A stretch of 63,754 nt of DNA, filler included, from Asterionella formosa (GCA_002256025.1; 6 parts of 6 records of this genome joined end to end with filler, not necessarily neighbours in it); one strand, 5' to 3'. Shown: positions 24,885-36,733, numbered from the whole stretch's first letter. Numbers and translations are program-made. The notes: generated by a model not told the origin, from the sequence alone.

Positions 24885-26120
24885 CTATTTTCTGTCTGGA
24901 TTATCGTGAATCCATTGGCCACTGTGCCGAATAGTTCCATTGGCTTTTGTTTCAATCCCAAATCCATGAGCCTTCCCCGAATCCCATTCCCCCTTGTACA
25001 CACGTCCATCTTTCCATGTACATTGTCCAACTCCATGGTACCGTCCCTTTTGCCACTCGCCAGTATACATGGACGAATCCGCAAATATATATGTCCCTTC
25101 TCCATGTCGATGTCCTGATTGAAATTCTCCTCTATACAATGCCCCATCTGGCCACGTATATTCTCCACATCCATGTCGTTGATCATGATAAAATTCTCCT
25201 TCATAGACTCGTCCATCACTCCACTTGTATATCCCAAATCCATGTCGTCTGTCTAGATCATATGTCCCATCAAAGACATCTCCATTTTTAAAGGTAGCCA
25301 TTCCTTTCCCATGCCATTGTCCCTCATGCCATGATCCTGAAAATGTCCTTCCATCATTATATGTCATTGTTCCCACTCCATGAGGTTTGAGTGTGTCCTT
25401 GGTCAAGCGTCCTGTATATATTCCTTCATCTCCATACGGGTCAGTAACTTGTTGATTGGTAGTATAAAATGTCTTTTTTGTTGTTGTAATAGTATTCTTG
25501 TTGTCATTGTCCTTTTCGTGATAATAAATTGTCCCTACTGTTGTAATCGTAGGCATAGTCCCTGCAGTTACAATAGTGGTTGCATATCCTGCGGTATGTT
25601 CTGAATTCTCATCATGTCGATATTGATCATCATTGTACTCTTCTTCCTCGTCATCGTCATCGTTGTTGTTGTTGTTGTTGTTTCCTCCTTTATCTAGCAA
25701 TCGTTGAGATACCTTGGAAATAGTAGTATTAGTTCTACTTGTTGTTCTTGTTGTTGCAGTACCAGTTGTTGTTGTTGTTGTTGCTGCAATACTTGGATTC
25801 CAATGACTATCTTCTTCTTGTTGTTGTTGATATTGATTCATCTGACTAGTACTATTATTTTGCCAAGTAATATCATCTCGAGGAGTTTTCAATTGTTCCA
25901 CTTGTTTCCGTATGGTTGTAAAATCCTTATTCGTTCCGGTCAACATGGCTTGCAATTGATATTCAACTCGAGCTCTCATTTGTTCAATTTCTTGTTGACG
26001 AACAAATATAGAATCATTGTCATTTGTTGTTGTTGTTGTAGTACTGTTGTCATTGTCAGTAAGAGTAGTAGTAGCAGCAGCAGCAGAAGAAGATTGGTCT
26101 AAATGGCGAGGAAGGGACAT
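24885..26120 (-). CDS. MORN-repeat protein with low-complexity N-terminus
   Basis: DPYGDEGIYTG followed by about seven 23-aa YxGxWxxGxxHGxG repeats; T/N/Q/D homopolymer runs in the N-terminal part. Confidence 0.93.
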   Translation of the reverse strand: MSLPRHLDQSSSAAAATTTLTDNDNSTTTTTTNDNDSIFVRQQEIEQMRARVEYQLQAMLTGTNKDFTTIRKQVEQLKTPRDDITWQNNSTSQMNQYQQQQEEDSHWNPSIAATTTTTTGTATTRTTSRTNTTISKVSQRLLDKGGNNNNNNNDDDDEEEEYNDDQYRHDENSEHTAGYATTIVTAGTMPTITTVGTIYYHEKDNDNKNTITTTKKTFYTTNQQVTDPYGDEGIYTGRLTKDTLKPHGVGTMTYNDGRTFSGSWHEGQWHGKGMATFKNGDVFDGTYDLDRRHGFGIYKWSDGRVYEGEFYHDQRHGCGEYTWPDGALYRGEFQSGHRHGEGTYIFADSSMYTGEWQKGRYHGVGQCTWKDGRVYKGEWDSGKAHGFGIETKANGTIRHSGQWIHDNPDRK

Positions 26121-26719
26121 GGTGAAACACAAAAAAGACGTCGGATTGTATTTTTATATACAGTTAGACTACCGGTAGGTACTACCGTATTATATCTTAT
26201 TGTTGTTGTATCAGAATTATACCCATTTTTTCCATTGCTTGTTGGTAGTTGTGATGGTAATGGTACTGGTATGGTGTGGTGTGTAGTTCATAGCACCCGG
26301 ATTTTGGGACTGGTCAAGCAGCACGACGAATACGAAACAAAAAGCAAAAAGGGGACAAATATTGACCTTCTTGGAAGTACCGCATAGTAACGAAATACCG
26401 GTAACAATGGGCCTTTTCGGATCATGGCTGTCATTTTTATAATTTATTTATATATATATTATTGACGAAATTCTACCAAAGTAGTATTTTTCTTGATGGC
26501 TTTGGTTGTCCGACAGGTCAATATTGTCCGGTTTTTTTATCCCTTGCTTGACCGTGGTGAAAATATGGTATAGAAAAAGGCAAAAATTCCTACCAAGTAG
26601 TAGTACAGGGGGTAGAATTTTTTTCACATTTTGGTATAGAATATTCTACCAACGGGGCAATGGAACCCTGCGGTATGCGATGGTATTGTCCAAGAAATTC
26701 TACCACCACCTTGTATCTC

Positions 26720-26945
26720 GTACTGGAGTACTGTTACCAGTACTGGTACCAGGGTACCAGTAATAGGGTACCAGTAATAGGGTACCAGTAACAGGGTACC
26801 TGGTACAGTACTGGTACTGATACCTGGTACCAGGCATGTGTAGCTGGTGAGTACTTTTGGGTACGACGCGTACCTGTATCTGTGTACCTGGTGCACTGGC
26901 TGTGTTATGTTATGTTGAGGGATTACCGGTATACCGGTACTGGTA
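26720..26945. repeat. TA-delimited CCWGG/CCAG/CTGG/CAG motif cluster
   Basis: For example TA CCAG TA CTGG TA CCAGGG TA CCAG TA ... TA CCTGG TA CAG TA CTGG TA; includes GGGTACCAGTAAYA in three copies. Confidence 0.85.
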
Positions 26946-27289
26946 AAACATCATAAATTAAAATAAACTTAAGGTTCCTGCATTTGAACCCCTAGGCAAA
27001 AATTAAAATATTGCTTAGGGTTGCCGAAATTCCCTGGAACTAAGAATTTTTATGAGTTAATTTTGAATGACGTGATTCCATTTGAAATATTTGAATCACT
27101 GGAAATTTGCGCGTACATACATAGATTCCTTTTCGAATTCAATAAATATACATATAAACGTTCTCCATCGCTCAATATTTATATACCCTATCATACAATC
27201 AACATAGCTATATGTGTCAGACGAGCTGGCAGCATGGCAAATATTGTTGATGACTACCGGTAAGAAACAAAAAAAAGAAACAATCAACC

Positions 27290-27597
27290 ATGAGCGAAAT
27301 TACACATCAAAATGATGACAATGGTAATGACGAATTTAACTACAGTCATGATAGTTGTCCTACCTGCCAAGACCAGTTGATTGTAGAGTTGCGGCATCAA
27401 GAGCCCGCAATCTTCTGTACAAGTTTCTAATCAGAGTTTTCAGTGGTCCATTGGGACAAGGTGTTCGGATGCAACTTCCCGACTGTTGTTTGAAGGGGGT
27501 TTGATCTCTTTTGAAGAACAAGGACCCAAACGAAGTGTACACTGGTTTCAAACCAACTTCCAAACGTTCTAAATGTTCTAAATCTATTAGTGATTAG
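27290..27597 (+). pseudogene. P2X7 C-terminal (ballast)/KolX-like small protein, disrupted
   Basis: MSEIT...SCPTCQD, a frameshift, then RNLLYKFLIRVFSGPLGQGVRMQLPDCCLKGV*SLLKNKDPNEVYTGFK, matching the R..Y..F.....G.LG.G.R..LP.C....R.......YTGF pattern; one TGA, probably from CGA. Confidence 0.7.
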
Positions 27598-27783
27598 TGT
27601 TTTTACGATTTTCATTTATTTCATTAGTAAATCAAGAACTTCAATCCACCTACGTACGATGTTTCAAAACCTTCTAGAAATGAGGTGGCATGAATGACAA
27701 ATAAATATTTATTTTTACACAATCTAACGAATCAACCTGCCATAAAAAACAGCAACACCAGCCAACTATTATAAGACAAAATC

Positions 27784-28148
27784 ATGCCACGTTCCAGTGG
27801 TAGCCGTCTCATTTCCGAAATTGGTGTTGGTGGTCAAGGAGGACGAAATATAGCGTCCAATGAAAATCAAAATTGGTGGACCTCTAAGATGCCTTTTTGT
27901 CCCCCTACAACAACCACTTCACCAATTGAACTAGTAATCACATCGTCACCAATTAAAACAGACTGCTCTCAACTGAACACGAATCATATAATCGACTATA
28001 ATACATTGTCGAAATTTATGCAGGAAGATATGTATTGCAAAAGTTGTGTTAATAAATTTGTAAAAGAATATTGCAAACAATCACTTCGTGACTTTGTGAC
28101 TTACTTTACATCAAATAGACAACAAAAGCTGTCCATTGAACAGCAATG
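27784..28148 (+). CDS. Probable transposase N-terminus (partial, runs into gap)
   Basis: Open frame with NHIIDYNTLSKFMQEDMYCKSC, resembling the N.IID...L......CxxC start of Kolobok/Mutator-like transposases; no catalytic domain visible. Confidence 0.45.
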
Positions 28149-28248
28149 NNNNNNNNNNNNNNNNNNNNNNNNNNNNNNNNNNNNNNNNNNNNTTAATTAA
28201 TTAANNNNNNNNNNNNNNNNNNNNNNNNNNNNNNNNNNNNNNNNNNNN
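28149..28248. other. Artificial contig linker (N44-TTAATTAATTAA-N44)
   Basis: Identical 100-nt linker also at 56381-56480, 58225-58324, 60069-60168 and 61912-62011; the 12-mer has stops in all six frames. Confidence 0.97.
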
Positions 28249-28343
28249 AAGACTGTTGGCTCGAAGAAAGGAAAATGTTCATCTACCTCATCCAATTTGT
28301 CCCATCATTCCTCTTCTATGGTACAAATGGCAAATGCATTAGA
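28249..28343 (+). repeat. Second copy of a Harbinger ORF2 segment
   Basis: Matches about 3746-3830 (AAGAC.GTTG.CTC.AAGAAA.GAAAATGTTCATCT...TCATTCCTCTTCTATGGTACA.ATGGCAAATGC.TTAGA). Confidence 0.85.
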
Positions 28344-29204
28344 TAAATGCCCTCATAATTTAAATAGTAACCCTTTTGAAAATGTATATTTAAATATTAT
28401 ATGTATTGTTTCTATTAGGTTCCTTTATTTAAATTTCTTGGTAGGATAATGTACCAGCTAAAGTAATATACTTTGGCTCATCATCATCAGTCTTCACGCC
28501 GATTTTTGAAACAATGACGAAATACTGGCAAAGAGGAATGGAAAGATTGTTTGCAAAAACTTCTTGAATTGTTGTTGGTCAAGTGATCATTAAATCTTTG
28601 AGTAATCATCATGTGCAGTGAACCTATGTTCATAATCATTCAATTAAGAGTTTACAGAGAAGAAATCGTTCAAACTCGGAATGGTTCTGCATTCCGATAA
28701 ACAAATTTCTTCAGGAATATAGGAATCCTGTGGAATATATCCTGTATGGGTGCATAAGAATTCCAATTCCTTTGTGCATCCAGGGATGATGCAGTACTTG
28801 CGGGCAAGGTGAAATACTTGATCCAAATGCTCATCCAAATTTGCATCTTTTCCTGGATCACGGACATGACATACATCTAAGCCGCATATCATTACGTGAA
28901 GTGACCATCACATAAATAAGCCTAGTTGATTTTGAATGCATCACATGAATTAGATGAATACATCAAAATATGTAGTTGAATATACTATCTATATATTATC
29001 TGAATACATCACGTTAAATATTTGATCAAAGTATCATGCATGCATTCCTGATCATCACTATATTACGTGATCACCTTCACGTAATTATTTGATTTACTTC
29101 ACCTAATTCTGTAATTTAGTTCACATTGCCTTTTAATTTCGTTCACATAATTCTAGAATAAAGTTCACTTAATATGTAAAATTTGTTTACGCAATTTTCT
29201 GGAG

Positions 29205-29310
29205 TTCATTCAACTAATTATCACAAGGTTGTTCAACTAATTATCTGAAGGCCATTCCACTATTTTTCTGAAGGTTGTTTAACTATTTTACTGCAGGTTA
29301 CTCAACTAAA
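29205..29310. repeat. Degenerate 23-bp tandem repeat (TTCAACTAATTATCTGAAGGTTG-like, 4-5 copies)
   Basis: Direct reading. Confidence 0.75.
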
Positions 29311-29359
29311 CTAAAGAGTTTCATTCATGAAATAAAGCCTGCTCATTCGGAACGGCATG

Positions 29360-29680
29360 CGAATGCTCCTGCACGGAAAGGGTTTGCTGCAATGTCAATT
29401 GAATGTAGAGGAAGATCAGTGTGAGTTATCAGTAGCGTTGTTGCTCATATAGCCGTCAAAATAGCGCAGTAATCTTACCACAACAACTTTCATTCCGGAC
29501 CTCATTGTCCCTGCCTGTTATCAACAACAATGCGTGAGCTGACAAGCCATACTAGCATTTAGGTACACAACAAAAACACACTCACCATTCAACTGTATTG
29601 CAGAGTTCTTTTATTTGAGTCGAGGATTCAATTGAGATTGTAGCAACCCCTTTCAATTCAGGAGAATTCGGATGAAATCC
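29360..29680 (-). repeat. About 260-bp repeat unit (permuted, inverted copy of 63489-63754) with a terminal fold-back
   Basis: 29360-29612 is the reverse complement of the 63.5-kb unit starting at a different phase; 29626-29680 is inverted relative to 29360-29405. Confidence 0.85.
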
Positions 29681-30772
29681 AGGATTGAGTATTGTTGCTT
29701 TCTGATTCTGTGTTAATGTCATATGATAACAGGGCTCCGTAAATCATGAGTTGTTATTGTGCCTTGGCGTGCTGTTTGTCATGCTGCCAGCTGCTGCTGT
29801 ATTTCTACTGAATTATTGAACAATTATGTGCCAGTCGTTCAATAATTCATCATTAATAGCAGATTCGCCCAAAATGTTGCCCTCCTGTGTTCACATTTGC
29901 AAGGGAACAAGGAATTTTTTCTGTGATGGGTCATTGTTGTCATACAACTCTCAAATCCTTGGGCATGACAAATCAAAATGTCCTTTGCCGTTGTTCTGGT
30001 GCTGCTTTGAACTGGCAAGGCGAATTATACAAGGCTGATGAAAATGGCTGGTCTGGCATACAAGATACGCAATATTCTGATGTCAACAATGGAAGGAGGC
30101 GACCAAAGGGTCAGATAGGCGGAAATTACTAAGAGAAGTCAGCTGACAATGAATCCGATACAACTATATCAATATACACCTGCTGACTACCATTTGTCTA
30201 CCACAGTCTATATCTAGTAGTTTCGAGATGTTTTTGTAACAGGGTCGCACACAAAGTTAAATAGGGTTGGGAGCAAGTGTGGGAAAACTATAGCACAGCA
30301 TGTTATGCCTACTTCCAATCATGATGATCATCCATATGTGATCAGTGTGTGAGTAGGCATCAAGAAGCCCAGCCAGCCAGTCTGGGACAGGCAACCATAG
30401 CAGGCCTTTCCTATACTATTAGCCTGTCACTAGCTAATTTGACAACCTAGCTACAATATATTGCTCTGGTACTATACAAAGGAAAATGGTGGTGATCACC
30501 ACTTGCAAGTACTACTAACTAGACTACTGGTAGCTATTTCTCGCTCTACTCGAGCGACAATGCATGCAGCATTACGTACAAGCATCAGTCTTGCATTGCC
30601 TTTGAAGCAAAGTGACATTGAGAAGAATCTATTGATACAAACACATTGATATGTAGATGTGCCCTTGAATCTCTCACAGATTTTCCAAAAGGCATTAAGG
30701 TCCATTTCGTGGTGACTATAATGAGATTGAAGAAGTACCGATTCGAGATGCGGGCCAGAGAGAGGAGCCATG

Positions 30773-31426
30773 TTATACCCTGTCTGAACAGCATGGTCCC
30801 GAAATAGATTCTTTCCTCCAAGACTGGCGCCTCAAATATGAGATCCCTGGCAGAATATGATGCAATTTATCAGATGGATCATCGTCCAAAAACAAAAGTG
30901 GAAAATAGCCATCAACCTCGTCACCGTCACCATCACCATCATAATCATCAACTGCACTGAATGGAGCACTGGGTACAGTAGAAAGAGTGACAGCAATCTC
31001 AGTATCGTGAGCGTCGTTGTCGTACTCAAACCCGTTCCTGTTCATAAAGGCTTCCGCTTGAACAACGGTGTCGCTGGAACAAAAACTATCTCGTAGAGCA
31101 TGCCCCACCTTGTCATACATGATTCTATCGTCAACAACTTGAATCCAGTCCTTCCCTTTCTTGTGAAAGAAGCGGCTACCCAATGATCGAACATCCTTCA
31201 AGACTGCCTTAACAATATTAGACTTGATGCCGCGTTTCTTACCCGCTCGTCTGTACCTAGGGATATTTAGGGCAATGATTGCCTGGAAGCGTTTGTTGCC
31301 CATGTGCCCCAAATTGGAACGATCTTTTCCGCAACGCACGTCGAATTCCGTCACAGGAAAGGTGTTCTCAGTGCCGGCAGCTCGCTTCGGATTGACGACA
31401 TGAGACGGAGTTCTAGAAGCCATCAT
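30773..31426 (-). CDS. DUF6824-domain protein, paralogue A
   Basis: DVRCGK....H.GNKRF..II......Y....K...KS.IV..V...VR..G.RF......W..V.D.....KVGHALRD. Confidence 0.85.
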   Translation of the reverse strand: MMASRTPSHVVNPKRAAGTENTFPVTEFDVRCGKDRSNLGHMGNKRFQAIIALNIPRYRRAGKKRGIKSNIVKAVLKDVRSLGSRFFHKKGKDWIQVVDDRIMYDKVGHALRDSFCSSDTVVQAEAFMNRNGFEYDNDAHDTEIAVTLSTVPSAPFSAVDDYDGDGDGDEVDGYFPLLFLDDDPSDKLHHILPGISYLRRQSWRKESISGPCCSDRV

Positions 31427-32406
31427 AGTGAATTTGTTGCAACTAGTTCCTTACGAATCATTACGATTTGTTGGAGGCGCAAGGAAGAGTTTGACGACAA
31501 CGGAAGACAGCTATTATTTGGCCAATCATCATCCCTGATAGTACCCTTTCTGATTCATCATCATGTATGAGAACTCTATCTTGTCAGTTGAGCTGCTGTT
31601 GAGGAGAAAAGTCACATTGTCATTGCCTTGCTACCTTGTTGCTGATGAGCCCGCTTTATGCAAATGACGGATGCTGAGAAGATTTTTTGAAGCCATGCAC
31701 TACCGGTATTATTTTTAAATCTTGAAAAATTAAAGCAGTCATTTTATCTTTTTCTTCTTTTATCCTATGCAGTCACCGTGCACACCTGGCATTCTTCTGA
31801 TGTCCAACGGTGAACCTGAACATATGTGTACGCCGGGTGTATGGCTGGGTGCACCCCAAAGTACATTGCTCATTTTCAATTATATTATCATAGCCGCTCG
31901 AACGTAGCTCAAGAATACTGAGTATAGTGCTGGAAAGTTAGCTTCAAAATTGATGAATTTTGCATATAAAAGGAAAAAGTCGTCATATTCGCCGATAAAA
32001 ACATGTTATTAGTGGTAATAATTTTCCATTTCAATCACCATTGTTGATGCAAAAACACGATGAACGTGAGTATCCAGGACCATGATGAACTGCACTTTCT
32101 TTCTGTTCTTCTCTCAACAGAAATTTCCATTATTTCATTACAATTTAAGGGATCAATAGAAGCCCACCATGCCGACAAACTCCAATGGCATTCTTAAGTA
32201 AGTAACGCCTTTTGCACACAATTACTGGTGCTCGAAATCTGACAAGTGATTGCCCTGAACGATCGAACAAGCTCATCCTTCTAGCAAGGAATCAATGTTA
32301 AGCCCCCTTACCAAAGAATCTCTAATGGCATTCGGAAAAGAATTTTTGGTGCATATCAGTTAAAATGACAGGTAAACGTCTACTTCTTGGGATCAACAAC
32401 ATGTAT

Positions 32407-32496
32407 TGTTACTGGGTTGAGGAAGCAGGACTAACTATGAAAATTAATTGTTACTGGGTCGAGGAAGGACTAACTATGAAAGACTAACTATGAAAG
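32407..32496. repeat. Short tandem duplication (TTGTTACTGGGTYGAGGAAG..GACTAACTATGAAA twice, plus an extra GACTAACTATGAAA)
   Basis: Direct reading. Confidence 0.8.
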
Positions 32497-33221
32497 TTAA
32501 TCTCCCAAATCACGCAGAAGATAAAACCCATTGCATTTCTTTTCTCCATATGCTGTGATTGTGACGATGGCAAGCAAGAAGTAGAGGATCTCATGCATTC
32601 TTCAACAGAAAAGACCTTTGTCAGGTTGCAAGTATTGGATTTTTTTGTTATTCATTGAAGAACGAATTTTTTTATGATGATTCTGTTTCATTCAACTCGT
32701 CGTTTCCAGCGCGAAATTAGATTTAGCCCGCTATTGGTATCAATTGAAGGAACTAGCTAAATGTCCATTTTCGCTGGAATTCAAAACCAATCTTAAAATC
32801 CCCTTGCAAAATTCTATGATAATAGAAGGAGCCCCCTACAACGCGCACACTTGCGCCATTCAACTGAATCAAAAAGCCATGCAGAATGACAGCAGCACAC
32901 CAACATCAGTCAGGCAGCACCACAACTCAGTCATGTATTCAAAAGAAAGGTCCTGTTCTGAAAAGGCCTGCCTGCTAAAATGTCAAATAAATGTAGAGAA
33001 CAATAACAGAACAGTGTGGTGAGTTATCGCTCGCTCCCTTTGCTGAAATGATGACAAAAACTGAAAATTAAAATCAATACACAATTGGGACAGTCCTTGG
33101 TAACAAGTAAGCATGGATATGAAGGCATACATGTCCATAAAGATTGAAAAATTGAACCTCACTAATAACTCGCTTTCTACCAAGAACAGGCAGGGAGTTA
33201 CATGTTGAATGTCATAGCATG

Positions 33222-33395
33222 GCCTGCCAACAAGTCTGTGTGCTTCCCTAGTTTGCTAGCATATGTGAGTCCCCAACCATCTTTTGCGAAAGGTGATCAT
33301 CTTAGCCGCAGCATTAGGGGAAAGTCCGGCTGCCTACTAGGAAGGCGACACACTGCTGCTTGTAGGGGGGCAACCCACTTTTCCTTGCACACCAG
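33222..33395 (-). repeat. Diverged body segment of the SINE-like family
   Basis: CCTGCCAACAAG.C.TGTGT ... TAGGGGAA..TCC..C.GCCTA ... GCTGCTT.TAGGGGG..AA.CCACT shared with 22979-23077. Confidence 0.6.
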
Positions 33396-33682
33396 GCAAG
33401 ACCGCACGCATTGTCATTTCAAATGCCTATGTGTTGCATCGCAGTAGGTGGGAAAGTTGAATACCATCCCTTTTTTCTTTGTGGACATGAAGGGGAAGGG
33501 CTCAGATGGTTGGGCACATTTCCTGTGTAGTTCTACTACTGCTTTGACGCTTTCATTGACAATGCAATCACTGCAGACTTCCAATGTGATACAATCTTCG
33601 ACAATAAGATCAAACTGAAACTGCCATAGAAATGCATAACCCAATCTTGTATCAGGAACAACCTTTGTGTGTTCCAAATATT

Positions 33683-33713
<31 letters not shown>

Positions 33714-34214
33714 AAATTTGCTTTATCCAATCTTATTTATTTGTAAATACTAGGATGGCTGGCTGTTGGCAAAAACACGGTTGAGGAGCAAGAACTAAAT
33801 TTCTAATAAACAAGAAATATCATTTCCTTCTTTGAGTCAAATGACTACTACTCATATACTGGTACCACCTTGCAGTGTTGAATGGGCATTTGGCCATCGT
33901 ACTAGTTAGCAGGAGAAATTGATCAAAAATTCAGACACTCAGGCTCAGCCATGTACCTTAGCAAATAGATAATACATTCTTTGGAAGTGGGTCTAACTAC
34001 CTTCTTAGAAATCAACGAGTGAAAAGATAGTAGACTGCATGAACAGAACCATGCTTTGCCGTATCCACTCACAGCACGACCTGAAACTGAATAACCTGCC
34101 CACATACAGGCATGCATACTATATTTGAATTTTTTAATGAGACAGAACACCATTATTTGTGGTGTTAAATACTGTCACATATTGACTTGTTCTCCTCCGG
34201 TGTCCAGCAGAGCA

Positions 34215-34904
34215 TCAAGGGCCACTTGACCAGGTAGGTGACCAGCAATCAACAATATCGTACCCCGATCGTAGACGACATGGTTCCGACGAAGATCCGT
34301 CCTTCCATGATTGGCGCCTTAAAGATAATGCCTCAGGGTGTACTATAAGGTGAAACATATCGGACGGATCGTCCAAAAACAAAAGTGGAAAATAGCCATC
34401 AACCTCCTCATCACCATCATAATCGTCAACTGCACTGAATGGAGCAATGGGTACAGTAGAAAGGGTGACAGCAATCTCAGTGTCGTGAGCGTCGTTGTCG
34501 TACTCAAACCCGTTCCTGTTCATAAAGGCTTCCGCTTGAACAACGGTGTCGCTGGAACAACAACTATCTCGTAGAGCATGCCCCACCTTGTCACACATGA
34601 TTCTATCGTCAATGACCTGAATCCATTCCTTCCCTTTCTTCTGGAAGAAGCGGCTACCCAATGATCGAACATCCTTCAAGACTGCCTTGACAATATCGGA
34701 CTTGATGCCGCGTTTCTTACCCGCTCGTTTGTACCTAGGGATATTTATGGCAATGATTGCCTGGAAGCGTTTGTTGCCCATGTGCCCCAAATTGGAACGA
34801 TCTTTCCCGCAACGCACGTCGAATTCCGTCACTGGAATGGTGTTTTTAGTGCTGAAAGCTCGCTTAGGATTAACGGCATGCGATGGAGTTCTAGGAGTCT
34901 TCAT
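34215..34904 (-). CDS. DUF6824-domain protein, paralogue B
   Basis: Same domain, highly similar to 30773-31426 over nearly the whole CDS; C-termini diverge. Confidence 0.85.
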   Translation of the reverse strand: MKTPRTPSHAVNPKRAFSTKNTIPVTEFDVRCGKDRSNLGHMGNKRFQAIIAINIPRYKRAGKKRGIKSDIVKAVLKDVRSLGSRFFQKKGKEWIQVIDDRIMCDKVGHALRDSCCSSDTVVQAEAFMNRNGFEYDNDAHDTEIAVTLSTVPIAPFSAVDDYDGDEEVDGYFPLLFLDDPSDMFHLIVHPEALSLRRQSWKDGSSSEPCRLRSGYDIVDCWSPTWSSGP

Positions 34905-35906
34905 ATTACGAGTCTCCTAGTGCTGGAACACTATTTTTTGTGAGTTTCGGGGGTAAGGGAAAACCAAGCGAAAGTGAGCTTACCGGTAGGGTCGCAATGA
35001 GAACTACCGGTATGTACGTCGCAGATGCTCAGTGTCCGAAGAACATTCAGCTATACGTGCGTACCTTTCTGATTCTCCATTCCATGAGAACCACGCTGCC
35101 TCCCTGTCAGCGCTTGTTAGTTTCCATGCTGATGCGAGCGCTTGATGCTGATCCGTCCGTTTCAATGTAATTGGGAATATTGCATTGGGCATGCATCCGA
35201 CCATGCTTATTTTTTATGACACCTTCATCTTTAAATGATACCATCGGTAACACTATTGCTGATCAAAGTTTACATTTTCATGACATGTACCCCACTTACG
35301 CATATATATCGGTAGTCGTGAGTGCACTTACTAAATATGACTAATATGATACGATCCGTCAAAAATTTCGAATGAGTCATCGGAATAGAAACAATAAAAG
35401 GGACAGGGCTCAACTCCCGGCAATGAAAAACACACGGAACAATGGCCGTACTCAAAATTTTCGAAGTTTTCCGGGATACTAGCTGTTAACGCTAAAACTC
35501 GTTTTGCTAGTTTCCCCGAATTTCTTGACAAGGCCAGCCAATAAAACCCTATACAATACTCCTTAGTACTTTTTGAGACTATGATTTAGTTACTTCGATT
35601 TCTTTTTACCAGCAAAATCAATTGCCCTTATATTAGTTGCATCATCTAGTTTGATGCTCAACATGTTGCATGTGAATGATATATATTTTTGACCAATTTC
35701 AACTACCCCGTACCTGTATTATATACATAGAAGATTGATCATACCACAAAATATGAGCGATGAGAGCCATCTTCTTAGGGCTGATACAAAAAACATTTCC
35801 GATAAACACACGTTCTGATAAGCAAACCAGTTGTCATGACGTCAAAACATATCCTACTACTAGCATTAATTTTTCTGATAAACTACCCTGGAAAAGAGGC
35901 TAATTT

Positions 35907-35950
35907 TTTAACAGCAAAATCGAGATTCAAATCTCGATTTTGCAGTTAAA
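35907..35950. repeat. 20-bp-arm inverted repeat (hairpin)
   Basis: TTTAACAGCAAAATCGAGAT-TCAA-ATCTCGATTTTGCAGTTAAA, one mismatch. Confidence 0.9.
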
Positions 35951-36099
35951 CCAGAATGTGCTATTTGCGTAGCCAATCATAATTTTGGTTGAAGGTGGGC
36001 TATCATTGCTGATGCTGGTCTGGTTTGTTTGGTGATTGTCACATTTTATTTGTCAAGTAAATTTGATAAAGTACGCTATTGTTAATGAACTCGACAATT

Positions 36100-36240
36100 G
36101 TGGAGGTTGTAAAGTCGCACTGGGCCCCCCAGATGGCCTCAGACCTGCTCGTTGTATAACTCACCACCTGGAACCCAAGGGACTAGTACATAAACATCAT
36201 AATGGGTGAAGAATGCGGGAATCGAACCCGCCACCTCAGA
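36100..36240 (-). mobile_element. 5'-truncated SINE-like copy
   Basis: Minus strand TCTGAGGTGGCGGGTTCGATTCCCCGCATTC (B box) ... TTACAACCTCC, paralleling the 23-kb copy. Confidence 0.5.
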
Positions 36241-36733
36241 AGGTGTCCATCATACCTTATAGAATAGGTATATTTATAGGCTGCTCCAAATGTACTTTGT
36301 CCTGATGATGGATTGTATCCTTGTATCCACCAATATTCTTTGCGGTTAACAATCTTTCAAGTCGAGTTTGGCTGGTTCTACTCCAGAAATATCCCATTCC
36401 AGAACCAATAATTGGGATATTGGCCATGCCATCTGCATGAATCAGAAAAAAGTGAAGACGGCAAATGCAATACTACATAATAACAGGTGGTGGTATCAAG
36501 TCAAGCTTAAACATGAGAGGCCTCCACAACACTTCCCTTCTTGAATATACTATACCAAAAACCCGTTCAATAATATTTCGTTTCCCCAAATATGTATAGA
36601 TTGTACAACATATACTTAATCATTCATTAATATCTGTATAAAAAGAATTTAGCCACCGGCATATGTATACCGGTATTCCGGTATAGGTACTGGTACCAGT
36701 AGACCACATCCTGATAGTCTACGGTACCTGGTA

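Larger units (their letters stand above)
26973..28148 (+). mobile_element. Kolobok-like DNA transposon, one end (cut by gap)
   Basis: TTAA (26969-72) followed by GG; terminus repeated at 13605-13627; P2X7-C/KolX-like ORF followed by an ORF resembling a transposase N-terminus. Confidence 0.6.

Noticed and set aside
13605..26995. One 13-kb composite transposon bounded by the two Kolobok-like termini
   Set aside because: Judged from the TTAA and ORFs at 26973, the element bodies extend away from the intervening DNA, so the termini belong to separate copies
28193..28204. TTAATTAATTAA palindrome as a biological site
   Set aside because: Identical in all five N gaps; a standard six-frame-stop linker
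29341..29357. Right TIR of the Harbinger starting at 2009
   Set aside because: Only 7 bp (GCCGTTC) match, and it lies on a different contig
31640..31680. Hammerhead ribozyme at CTGATGAG
   Set aside because: No stem II followed by GAAA; other CTGATGA sites checked also fail
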